Below, in pieces: positions 56,435-64,000 of a stretch of DNA of 64,000 nucleotides. The translations under genes and the position numbers were made by a program. The notes beneath the pieces were generated by a model. The model saw only the letters and a list, made by a program, of their open reading frames with translations. It had not been told where the DNA came from and searched no databases. Source of the DNA: an uncultured Pseudomonadales bacterium (GTDB lineage Bacteria > Patescibacteriota > Microgenomatia > UBA1400 > PJMF01); contig CAYUQY010000002.1 in assembly GCA_964447075.1 (NCBI GenBank), positions 11,317 through 75,316 on the forward strand, given 5' to 3'. The number at the start of each line of letters is the position of its first letter. Within the stretch, counting starts at the first letter, position 1.

Positions 56435-57250
56435 TCACTCACAACTTGTCATAAGTGTGCCCAACCAGTTGTGCCCTGATAGAGCATGCAGCAAATTATC
56501 TTTTTTCAAACCAGAAAGAATTGCTACATCAATACCTTTCTTGACCACGATCATCGCTTCTTCTATCTTGTGACCCATACCACCAGTGACATCAAAACCA
56601 GTAGTTTCAGTGATCATTTTGGACACCTTCGTAAAATTTGCAGGAGAAATTTTTGACACTACCTGTCCTGATTTATCTAGGACTCCATCAACCTCTGTGA
56701 CATGGATTATTTTGACAACTTCATACTTTTCATCATAACTGAGCTGCTCCACAATCCTACCTAATATTTTCTCTGCCGACCAAATAGTGCAACCTTGAGC
56801 GCTATCGACTATCACGTCACCACAAGTCACTGGAAGTAAGCCTTGGTTAAGATACTCTTTCAAAACTTCTCCCGACCAGGTCTGACTCTTGGATCCGGCA
56901 GTTACTAATACGCTACTAGCGGCAAAGCTAACCGCTGGCAAAGACGCTTTGATAAACTCAGAAACTACGATTCTATTTAGTTGTGCTGCGCTATCTTGAG
57001 TTATAGCCATACCTAGCCGACTATCGGGATCTTGAAAACCTGCGATGGTGCAATACTTTGTAGCTGGTACATGAGCAAAACTCCCCTGGCCATGACTGAT
57101 GATCAAATGCAAATCTTGATCTTTGAGACTACTCGAAATTTCTCCAACTAAGCGCTTAAGCACCTCTAGTCGGAGTACGCCAGGTGCACTTTTATCTGTA
57201 ATAACTGATCCACCAAGCTTAATTAGTGTTATAGGTACTTTATTTATCAT
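56435..57250 (-). CDS. Isopentenyl phosphate kinase-like (amino acid kinase family)
   Basis: KLGGSVITDK, HGQGSFAH, PVTCGDV..D, DGV and DVTGGM..K. Confidence 0.8.
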   Translation of the reverse strand: MINKVPITLIKLGGSVITDKSAPGVLRLEVLKRLVGEISSSLKDQDLHLIISHGQGSFAHVPATKYCTIAGFQDPDSRLGMAITQDSAAQLNRIVVSEFIKASLPAVSFAASSVLVTAGSKSQTWSGEVLKEYLNQGLLPVTCGDVIVDSAQGCTIWSAEKILGRIVEQLSYDEKYEVVKIIHVTEVDGVLDKSGQVVSKISPANFTKVSKMITETTGFDVTGGMGHKIEEAMIVVKKGIDVAILSGLKKDNLLHALSGHNWLGTLMTSCE

Positions 57251-57364
57251 AATTGTTTACATGGACCAAGACAAAATGACTAATATGTATCTGCTCTAGT
57301 AAATTAGTCGCAAAAACAGCCTCAAATCACGCAAAAGTGCCCAACTCCATCTTAAAATTGAAAA

Positions 57365-57700
57365 TTAGCGAAAAACTGACCAAAATCGTAAAAGAAGGTA
57401 AAGTAGTAGAACTTGCCAATATAAGCAGAAAAAAAACAACCAATTGGCCACAAAAGGAATAATCTCACACACTCCAAGAGTAGATGTCTGACACGAAAAA
57501 AAATAGCGCACAAAAGGTACCAGAATGTAAAACCAAGTAAACTTAGCTAGAACAAACACAGATGTAGGCAGAAAAATCAGCCAACTAAAAACATTTTCTT
57601 TTGCTAACGACTGGACAGTTTGATATGGGTGCAGGAGTAGTCCCACAGTTATCTGCGTAATAGAGTAGAGAAGTGAAGTCAACCAGGATCTAGCATTCAT
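57365..57700 (-). CDS. Small membrane protein
   Basis: Two to three TMs; TAATG coupling to the upstream gene. Confidence 0.6.
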   Translation of the reverse strand: MNARSWLTSLLYSITQITVGLLLHPYQTVQSLAKENVFSWLIFLPTSVFVLAKFTWFYILVPFVRYFFSCQTSTLGVCEIIPFVANWLFFFCLYWQVLLLYLLLRFWSVFR

Positions 57701-57897
57701 TATTTAATTCCTCCTAACCAGAACTCTACTACTAGGGAAGTTACTCCAGATGATATTAAAATGACTTGCCAAGAATAGCGGCCGATAAATGAAGTCACGA
57801 TGTCTAAAGCAGGAGGAAAAAAGCGCGTTGAAAACAACCTTTTCTGTGCCTTGGCTTCTGCCTGAAGCTTAAGTAAAAACTCTGAGTTTGAGCTCAT
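57700..57897 (-). CDS. Small single-TM protein coupled to the ECF sigma gene
   Basis: ATGA overlap with the sigma stop; C-terminal TM. Confidence 0.6.
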   Translation of the reverse strand: MSSNSEFLLKLQAEAKAQKRLFSTRFFPPALDIVTSFIGRYSWQVILISSGVTSLVVEFWLGGIK

Positions 57898-58448
57898 GAA
57901 CTCTCACTTTCTTTAATAAAGAGAAGTTTAAACTCCTTGCGTGCTCTAAATAGTTCTGACTCTATTGCCTTAACTGACTTACCAAACTTAGCTGCTATAT
58001 GAGCAACTTTCTTTTTATCAATGTATTTCTGCAGTAGTAGTTCTTTTGAAGCAGCGCTCATCTTCTGAAGCACTGATGTAACCTGAGCTGATGTCTCTTG
58101 GGCATCCACCACTGGTGAAGCAATAAGTGTGTTAATAAGTGGGAGAGTCTTGACTGCTTTTTTAGCGTACAGCTTTCTATAGTAATCAGCCACAATGTGC
58201 TTGGCTATCGAGATCATCCAAGTAAATAGGCTTGATTGGCCCAAGTAGAGGGGAAGCTGCTTGAGACAGTCCATGAAGGTGAAGCCTACCAGCTCCTCTA
58301 CATCTTCTTTACTACTCACTTTTAGGGAGATGTAGCTGCTTATTTTGGGCTTATATCTGGTGTACCAGACCCTAACGGCAGAATCTTGGCTCTCCTTGAG
58401 GGCGGCAACTAGTTTTTGCTCCTGAGTATAGTCTGTCTGGGGAGTCAT
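57894..58448 (-). CDS. ECF-type RNA polymerase sigma factor
   Basis: EDVEEL...F, LFTWMISIAKH...DYYRK (region 2); IA...GKSVKAIESELFRARK (region 4); probable start MTPQ at 58448. Confidence 0.88.
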   Translation of the reverse strand: MTPQTDYTQEQKLVAALKESQDSAVRVWYTRYKPKISSYISLKVSSKEDVEELVGFTFMDCLKQLPLYLGQSSLFTWMISIAKHIVADYYRKLYAKKAVKTLPLINTLIASPVVDAQETSAQVTSVLQKMSAASKELLLQKYIDKKKVAHIAAKFGKSVKAIESELFRARKEFKLLFIKESESS

Positions 58449-58527
58449 ATCGCAGTTTTTGATCTGGAAAGAAGTGCTTCTTCTATCAACAAATAGCATT
58501 ATACTCTTACTCAGTTCGAGAGTTGAG

Positions 58528-58764
58528 CTACTCTGCACCATAGCCCTGATCGGCAATAATTTTTTGTAGTTCTTTGATGGAAATTTTCTTCTCATCAAAG
58601 TCAATCGTAACTTCAGACTTGGCATAGCTTGTGCTAGCCGAATGAACACAGTCACAGTCTTCCAGGGCTCCATCAATGTTGAGAGCACAACTTGCACAGT
58701 GCATGCCTGATAACTTCAAGGTGACTTTCTTACCCTTTGCTTTTTTTTTAAAAAAATTAATCAT
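58528..58764 (-). CDS. copZ: HMA-domain copper chaperone (CopZ-like)
   Basis: GMHCASC; AAGGAGG SD. Confidence 0.85.
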   Translation of the reverse strand: MINFFKKKAKGKKVTLKLSGMHCASCALNIDGALEDCDCVHSASTSYAKSEVTIDFDEKKISIKELQKIIADQGYGAE

Positions 58765-58828
58765 CTATACCTCCTTAATTTTTGAGAGAAAAATAAATCT
58801 ACAAATGCAGTATCTTCGTAACTCTTAT

Positions 58829-59965
58829 CTATATTACTTCTATCACACCACTATACATTCCCATCGAGCACGAGAATGGATACTTTCCTTTAGCGGTCGG
58901 AGTAAAAACAACTGTTTTTGAATCTGTAGGAGCGAGTTGGAGCTTGATATTAAATGCTTTCATCACAAATGAACTGGCACATGAGTACGAATTATTTGTC
59001 TTCAAAGTAAGATTAACTGGCACACCTACTTTGGCTGTTAATTTACTTGGTGAGTAACCGTTAGAATCAATATTGATCAGAAGTGTTTGCTCTCCACTTG
59101 CTGTCGGCTGACTTGTAACCGCATCTAAATAATCAAAACGTTTGTCAGAAAAGTAGTAGGTTATTGGACTGGTTATTTTTTCAAATGATATGGGAGAGTC
59201 AAGAACTACCAGTACGCCATTAATACTACTTAAGCCTAAGAATATTAGTGCTGCAGCCGCAATTTTTAAGAACTTCTGTCTAAAACCTTCGGAAAGCCTA
59301 GCTGTAGCTACGCCAATAAGCGCAAAAAGTGGAGAAGTGCCCAGCACGAAGAAAAACATGATGAGTGCACCATTGACTGGGCTTCCAGATGTAATTGCAA
59401 GAACTTCCATAGCCTGAGTGACTCCACAAGGGATGAGTATGGTTAGCAAGCCCAGGAGAAATGGTGTAAAAAGTGCCCTACTTTTAGTCGTGCCACGGAT
59501 TATTTTATTTAGGAACTTGGGTGGCTGGATAACTACATACCTAAAAATTGGATGTAACTCAAGCAAATTACCAGCTGTGGCTAACATAAAAAGTGCCGCT
59601 GCTACTTGAAAAAATAAACGAACGGTGAGATTTAACTCCATCTTCGAGCCTAACCAACCCAGGAAAAAACCCAGGATAGTGTGAGTTATTAACTTGGCTA
59701 GTAAAAATAAGCCTACTGGCAGCCAATCAAGTGAATCAAAAGTCGCGGAGAGATCCTTGATTTTACTTATGCTTTGAAGTTGCTGTGAAGCTCTTCTGTC
59801 TTGACGAGTCAAGTGTTTGCTTTTTACCTCTACAGCTGACTCTTCTGTGCCCATCTCGCTTCCCTTTTGATTGGCTATAATTCCAGCAAGCAAGCCACCC
59901 TGCATGGCCAGACAACTCAAGCCACCCGTGGTCAAGCCTGTTAAGAAAACTGCCCAGAGATTCAT
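58829..59965 (-). CDS. DsbD_2/sulfite-exporter-like TM protein with C-terminal cupredoxin domain
   Basis: GLSCLAMQGG, LIPCG and F.LGT.P; GYSP..L...G.PV, SCA and FSCSMGMYSG. Confidence 0.85.
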   Translation of the reverse strand: MNLWAVFLTGLTTGGLSCLAMQGGLLAGIIANQKGSEMGTEESAVEVKSKHLTRQDRRASQQLQSISKIKDLSATFDSLDWLPVGLFLLAKLITHTILGFFLGWLGSKMELNLTVRLFFQVAAALFMLATAGNLLELHPIFRYVVIQPPKFLNKIIRGTTKSRALFTPFLLGLLTILIPCGVTQAMEVLAITSGSPVNGALIMFFFVLGTSPLFALIGVATARLSEGFRQKFLKIAAAALIFLGLSSINGVLVVLDSPISFEKITSPITYYFSDKRFDYLDAVTSQPTASGEQTLLINIDSNGYSPSKLTAKVGVPVNLTLKTNNSYSCASSFVMKAFNIKLQLAPTDSKTVVFTPTAKGKYPFSCSMGMYSGVIEVI

Positions 59966-59973
59966 AGAACCCT

Positions 59974-62301
59974 TTATAAATTTAGTTTCTTTAAATGCAG
60001 TGCATTTAGAACTACGCTGACACTAGAGAAAGCCATCGCAGCTCCTGCCAAGGCAGGACTCAACATAATACCAAAGAAAGGGTAGAGAACACCAGCTGCA
60101 ATTGGTATACCGACTATGTTGTAGAAAAAGGCCCAAAACAAGTTTTGTTTGACGGTGCGCATCGTAGCTCTAGATAGAATAATTGACTGAGGTAACTTAG
60201 CAAGGTGTCCGCCCAAAATAGTAATGCCTGCTGACTCTATCGCCACATCTGTACCAGTCCCCATAGCTATTCCCACATCTGAGGTAACCAAGGCTGGAGC
60301 ATCATTAATACCATCGCCTACCATCGCTACAACTCTGCCGCTTTGCTGCAGCTGAGCTACCCTGAGGGCTTTATCTGCAGGCAGAACTTCAGCAATTACA
60401 TTATCGATACCTACTTGAGCTGCTATGTGATTGGCAGTGCGCTGATTGTCACCTGTCAGCATCGACACTTTGATGCCCAACTGATGAAGCTTTTTTATAG
60501 CTGATGCTGTATCAGGCTTAATGGTATCTGCTAAAAACACATAAGCTATAATTTCATGCGCTGTCATCAAAAGAATAGGTGTTTTTCCCTGAGAAGTGAA
60601 CTGCTTGATTATCTCGTCATTTGCCTCCAGTGATAAATCTTGTGCCAACTTTAAGTTACCTGCAAAGTATTTGTGAGTGTCAACTTCACCCTCCAAGCCT
60701 TTGCCTTCCAAGGCTTTAAAACTTTCCACTGATTTTAAAGAGAGCTTCTTAGACTTAGCCATCTCCACTACAGCTTGAGCTAGTGGATGCTCTGAGTGGT
60801 ACTCAAGTGATGCCAGAATTCTGAGAGACTCATCTTCAGTCAGGTCACTGACTGATTTGATATCAGTTACTTCAGGAGTGCCTTTAGTCACTGTGCCTGT
60901 TTTGTCCAGAACCACTGTGTTGACCTGAGCCAGTTTTTCCAAACTCTCTGCATTTTTGATCAAGATACCATGCTGGGCTGACTTGCCAACTCCTACTATT
61001 ACTGCCATGGGAGTAGCTAGACCCATAGCGCATGGACAAGCTATGACTAGAATTCCCACGAAGCTGACTATGCCCAATGTCAGGGCTTGTGAAAAAGGCA
61101 TGAACTGAGAGCCAATGCCCAACCATGCGATCAAAACTAAAATAGAGATCACTAAAACTACAGGCACAAATACGGCAGAGATTTGATCAGCAAGTCTCTC
61201 GATAGGTGCCTTAGATCCCTGAGCTGCTTCTACCATTTTTATAATTTGAGAGAGGACGGTGTTACTGCCCACCTGAGTAGCTTTGACTAATATAGAACCG
61301 TGTTTATTAATGGTAGCTCCTATGACCTTTTCACCGACTTGTTTGTCCACGGGGATCGACTCGCCTGTAATCATCGACTCGTCTATGGAGGTACTGCCCT
61401 TTGTTATCTCACCATCGACTGCAATTTTTTGTCCAGGCTTGATGACCAAAATATCTCCGACTACTACTTGCTCGATTGGAACTTCGACTTGCTCTCCATT
61501 GCGTAGAACAACTGCATTTTTCGCTTGTAGACTGAGAAGTTTTTCAATTGCCTCACCAGTCCTAAGCTTACTTCTAGCTTCCAGAAACTTACCTAATGTA
61601 ATAAATCCTATTACCACAATCGTTACATCGTAGTAGGTAACTGAAGTGTCGAGGTAAGGCGCGAGGCTAACTTCAAAAGCTGAAAGAATAAAACTATATG
61701 TAAAGGCGACTAAGGTACCTATTCCTACAAGAGTATCCATGTTGGCTACACGATGCTTGATGAATCTTACTACTCCCTGAAGATATACTTTGCCAACTAC
61801 GAAGAGTGTATAAGTAGCCATCAAGGGCAAGAGGTGATGTATGAAAGTCTTGACGATCTGAGGCATTTCAGGAAAAATTTTGAAGATGGCGCCAAACTCC
61901 CAGAGCATCACTAAAATGCTGAACACGACGAATGGTGTGACGATGTGAACGTGTGACTCTAATTTTTTGAGCTCAGCCAGTTTGCGAGATTTTGCTTCAG
62001 CATCAGATGAGACTGCTGACATATCGTGACCTTCATGTGGCAGGCCACTAGCTGAAACCTCCCGACTATGCCCAAGTTCAGCTGATGGGTCGAGCAATGT
62101 ATACCCCAACTTTTTTATCTCGTGATTCATCCCAACGACAGAAGTATCTTGGTCGTCGTAAACTACTTGAGCTTTCTCTGTCCCATAGCTCACCTCACAT
62201 GACTCAACACCTTTTATCTTTGATAGCGTTCTTTTGATTACGCTAGCACAAGAGGCGCAGTGCATACCTTCTATCGGAAGTGACTGTGTGACTTTTGGCA
62301 T
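59974..62301 (-). CDS. copA: Cu(I)-translocating P1B-type ATPase
   Basis: GMHCASC MBD, TGES, CPCAMGLATP, DKTGT, SEHP, GDGINDAP, YN and MAFSS. Confidence 0.95.
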   Translation of the reverse strand: MPKVTQSLPIEGMHCASCASVIKRTLSKIKGVESCEVSYGTEKAQVVYDDQDTSVVGMNHEIKKLGYTLLDPSAELGHSREVSASGLPHEGHDMSAVSSDAEAKSRKLAELKKLESHVHIVTPFVVFSILVMLWEFGAIFKIFPEMPQIVKTFIHHLLPLMATYTLFVVGKVYLQGVVRFIKHRVANMDTLVGIGTLVAFTYSFILSAFEVSLAPYLDTSVTYYDVTIVVIGFITLGKFLEARSKLRTGEAIEKLLSLQAKNAVVLRNGEQVEVPIEQVVVGDILVIKPGQKIAVDGEITKGSTSIDESMITGESIPVDKQVGEKVIGATINKHGSILVKATQVGSNTVLSQIIKMVEAAQGSKAPIERLADQISAVFVPVVLVISILVLIAWLGIGSQFMPFSQALTLGIVSFVGILVIACPCAMGLATPMAVIVGVGKSAQHGILIKNAESLEKLAQVNTVVLDKTGTVTKGTPEVTDIKSVSDLTEDESLRILASLEYHSEHPLAQAVVEMAKSKKLSLKSVESFKALEGKGLEGEVDTHKYFAGNLKLAQDLSLEANDEIIKQFTSQGKTPILLMTAHEIIAYVFLADTIKPDTASAIKKLHQLGIKVSMLTGDNQRTANHIAAQVGIDNVIAEVLPADKALRVAQLQQSGRVVAMVGDGINDAPALVTSDVGIAMGTGTDVAIESAGITILGGHLAKLPQSIILSRATMRTVKQNLFWAFFYNIVGIPIAAGVLYPFFGIMLSPALAGAAMAFSSVSVVLNALHLKKLNL

Positions 62302-62329
62302 ACTACATTTTCCTTGTTTAGACTGATGC

Positions 62330-62815
62330 TTATTCTTTTAAAAATTGAGTGGGATTGCTTTTGAAGTTCTTAAGACAACCGCTGGCACAGAAGTAATGAT
62401 TACGCCCATTATGTTTGAAGACAAACGCAGCTGTATTAAGTGAAATTCTCATACCACAAATTGGGTCGTGAGTTAAGGGGAGAAGCTCTGACATATTAAG
62501 GGATAACTCATGGCCTAATTGAGAATTTTTATTTTCGTCAATCAAATGCTCTCTAAATAGATCAACAGCAGCCAAAATTTTAGGACCACTTAGAGAGTAA
62601 TAAATTTGCTTTCCCGTCCTGCGTGATCCCACAATATTTGCTTCTCTCATCACCGTGAGGTGCTGGCTTATGTTGGCCTGAGGCAGATCTAACATAGCGT
62701 AGATATCGCTCACTGGAAGCTCTTGATCTCTCAAGAGCTGGAGAATTTCCAGTCTTTTAGGATGAGCTAGGGCTTTGAAAAGTGAAGCTTGAAGATCAAA
62801 AACTTCTGCGTACAT
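62330..62815 (-). CDS. ArsR/SmtB-family repressor fused to a YHS/TRASH domain
   Basis: FKALAHPKRLEIL, QANISQHL and RTGKQIYYSL; DPICGM...NG..HYFCASGC..F..NP. Confidence 0.9.
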   Translation of the reverse strand: MYAEVFDLQASLFKALAHPKRLEILQLLRDQELPVSDIYAMLDLPQANISQHLTVMREANIVGSRRTGKQIYYSLSGPKILAAVDLFREHLIDENKNSQLGHELSLNMSELLPLTHDPICGMRISLNTAAFVFKHNGRNHYFCASGCLKNFKSNPTQFLKE

Positions 62816-62850
62816 ATTCGAATATTAGAATATGTATTTAATAGTGTCAA
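62811..62850 (-). promoter_or_regulatory. Leaderless promoter overlapped by a 26-bp palindromic operator
   Basis: TTGACA-17-TAATAT-6 nt-ATG; TACATATTC-G-AATATT-A-GAATATGTA at 62811-62836. Confidence 0.85.
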
Positions 62851-62983
62851 GTAGGGATTTGGACTAGGTCAAGAAGCCGACCAAACAGATGTTCATTTAG
62901 GTTTCAAAGTATGAGTAATATTCGTCAGCTAAACTCTAGCTTTTAGGCAAACATCTTAGGCAGTCCCATGATGTTTACTTGAC

Positions 62984-63127
62984 TCATCTAATTATACCTA
63001 GGCCCAACAGGCCGATGATTATCAGATAACCAGCCAACAGGTAATTAACTAATTTTGGAAACATAAGAATTAAGATACCAAAGACTAGTGATGCCAGGGG
63101 GCTAAGGTGAGAAAGTGAGATGAACAT
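62984..63127 (-). CDS. DUF3096-like 47-aa membrane protein (absent from the ORF track)
   Basis: GGAGG SD; MFISLSHLSPLASLVFGILILMFPKLVNYLLAGYLIIIGLLGLGIIR. Confidence 0.85.
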   Translation of the reverse strand: MFISLSHLSPLASLVFGILILMFPKLVNYLLAGYLIIIGLLGLGIIR

Positions 63128-63295
63128 ACTACCTCCAGGTAATTATTTATTTTGATCTAGTGTCCCAAAGTTCAAGATCATTTTATATATTTATAACAAT
63201 AGACATACTACCACAGGTACGTGCTTATCAACTCTGGTTTCTATTTTCTTCATGATTTAATAAGCGTAATTTCGATAAGAATTTTATCACATTCT

Positions 63296-63763
63296 CTAGA
63301 TGCCTATTATCTTTATCAGAGCCAAGATAACTTCATTAAGCATTGCTGAGTTTGCTAAGTAGTCTGGCCTATTAGGGCTGATCAAATATGTGGATATCAA
63401 GTTTTCAGCATACTCAATTGCATCTGCTATGCTTTCCTCAGCCGATGAATAGTCACCAACTACTAGGCAAAGCCTAGCTCCTGCAACAAGAACTCCTATC
63501 TGTTGCTCAGGAGTAGGGTAATTGTTAATCTTTTTAGCTAGCGCTGCCCATCTTACAGCACTTATGAACCTATCTTTCTCATTTGTCTGAGTAAGTACAT
63601 CCATTTCTGCCAAATATAGTTCATGGGTTCTGATATAACCTAATTTATTGGCTATGAGATCTAGATCCATTGCAAGTTTCTCAACTAACTCGCTCCTCTC
63701 TTTATCTCGAGCACTGGTGCTCACAAATCCATTCTGAGAATCTTCTAATCCAGAATTTCTCAT
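63296..63763 (-). CDS. Hypothetical alpha-helical protein
   Basis: 155-aa ORF with AGGA SD. Confidence 0.55.
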   Translation of the reverse strand: MRNSGLEDSQNGFVSTSARDKERSELVEKLAMDLDLIANKLGYIRTHELYLAEMDVLTQTNEKDRFISAVRWAALAKKINNYPTPEQQIGVLVAGARLCLVVGDYSSAEESIADAIEYAENLISTYLISPNRPDYLANSAMLNEVILALIKIIGI

Positions 63764-63787
63764 AGTGTCCTAAAAAACTAGTACGGA

Positions 63788-64000
63788 TCAATAATCTAGC
63801 TGTTTTAATACCTCATCTATCAAGAATACCTGATTCGTCCTGAGTAGTGGTATTCTATCTCTTTTAAAGAATCCGTGCTCTGTCACTTCATGAGAAGCTT
63901 TGAACTCACCGCCTATTAATATACCGACGGTTTGTACCACTTTTCGGATAAGGAGATTAGGATTCCTCAGTAAAAAATCTGGCTCTATCGACTCTAAGTC
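63788..64000 (-). CDS. 3' end of a gene running off the window, weakly NUDIX-like
   Basis: 70 open codons ending ..GGEFKASHEVTEHGFFKRDRIP..LDY-stop. Confidence 0.4.
   Translation of the reverse strand, partial: DLESIEPDFLLRNPNLLIRKVVQTVGILIGGEFKASHEVTEHGFFKRDRIPLLRTNQVFLIDEVLKQLDY

Noticed and set aside
58449-58697. N-terminal extension of the ECF sigma ORF overlapping copZ, and a possible copZ-sigma frameshift fusion at the T7/A9 tract (58741-58756)
   Set aside because: The extension has no sigma-like content and a TATAAT lies inside it; the sigma frame has a TGA between the homopolymer and 58697, so slippage there cannot give a fusion

Overview
64 kb of chromosome from a Patescibacteria (CPR) genome, most likely Microgenomates judging by its 16S primer-site variants and gene repertoire (inference). 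It uses the standard genetic code. No CRISPR array, integrase or transposase was seen. Housekeeping genes include pnp, sodA, lon, tpiA, uvrA, uvrC, mnmA, rel, a DEAD-box helicase and uppS. A lone tRNA-Ile(GAT) and a stand-alone 16S rRNA gene are present, the latter with its own promoter, leader/trailer processing stem and terminator, and no 23S follows it. Surface-related genes include GT-C glycosyltransferases, a transglutaminase, a sortase with an adjacent QPKTG substrate, and a dockerin enzyme next to a cohesin protein. A copper operon sits under an ArsR-YHS/TRASH regulator. The best candidate for an undescribed system is the six-gene operon at 27259-33373: a 7TM protein, an alpha-L-glutamate-ligase-like ATP-grasp fused to an apparently inactive RimB-like retropepsin domain, a DUF1704/MATCAP-like carboxypeptidase, two stand-alone cyanophycin-synthetase-like ATP-grasp domains and a Fem/GNAT-like protein. 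Together these suggest a non-ribosomal peptide write/erase system. Other notable signals: widespread leaderless promoters, a 125-bp exact duplication bracketing a DUF2157/GDYXXLXY cassette, an in-frame stop-riddled 32-codon patch in a glycosyltransferase, and a dual-coding overlap between the transglutaminase anchor and the UvrC GIY-YIG motif. All family calls come from motif recognition by eye; no searches were run.
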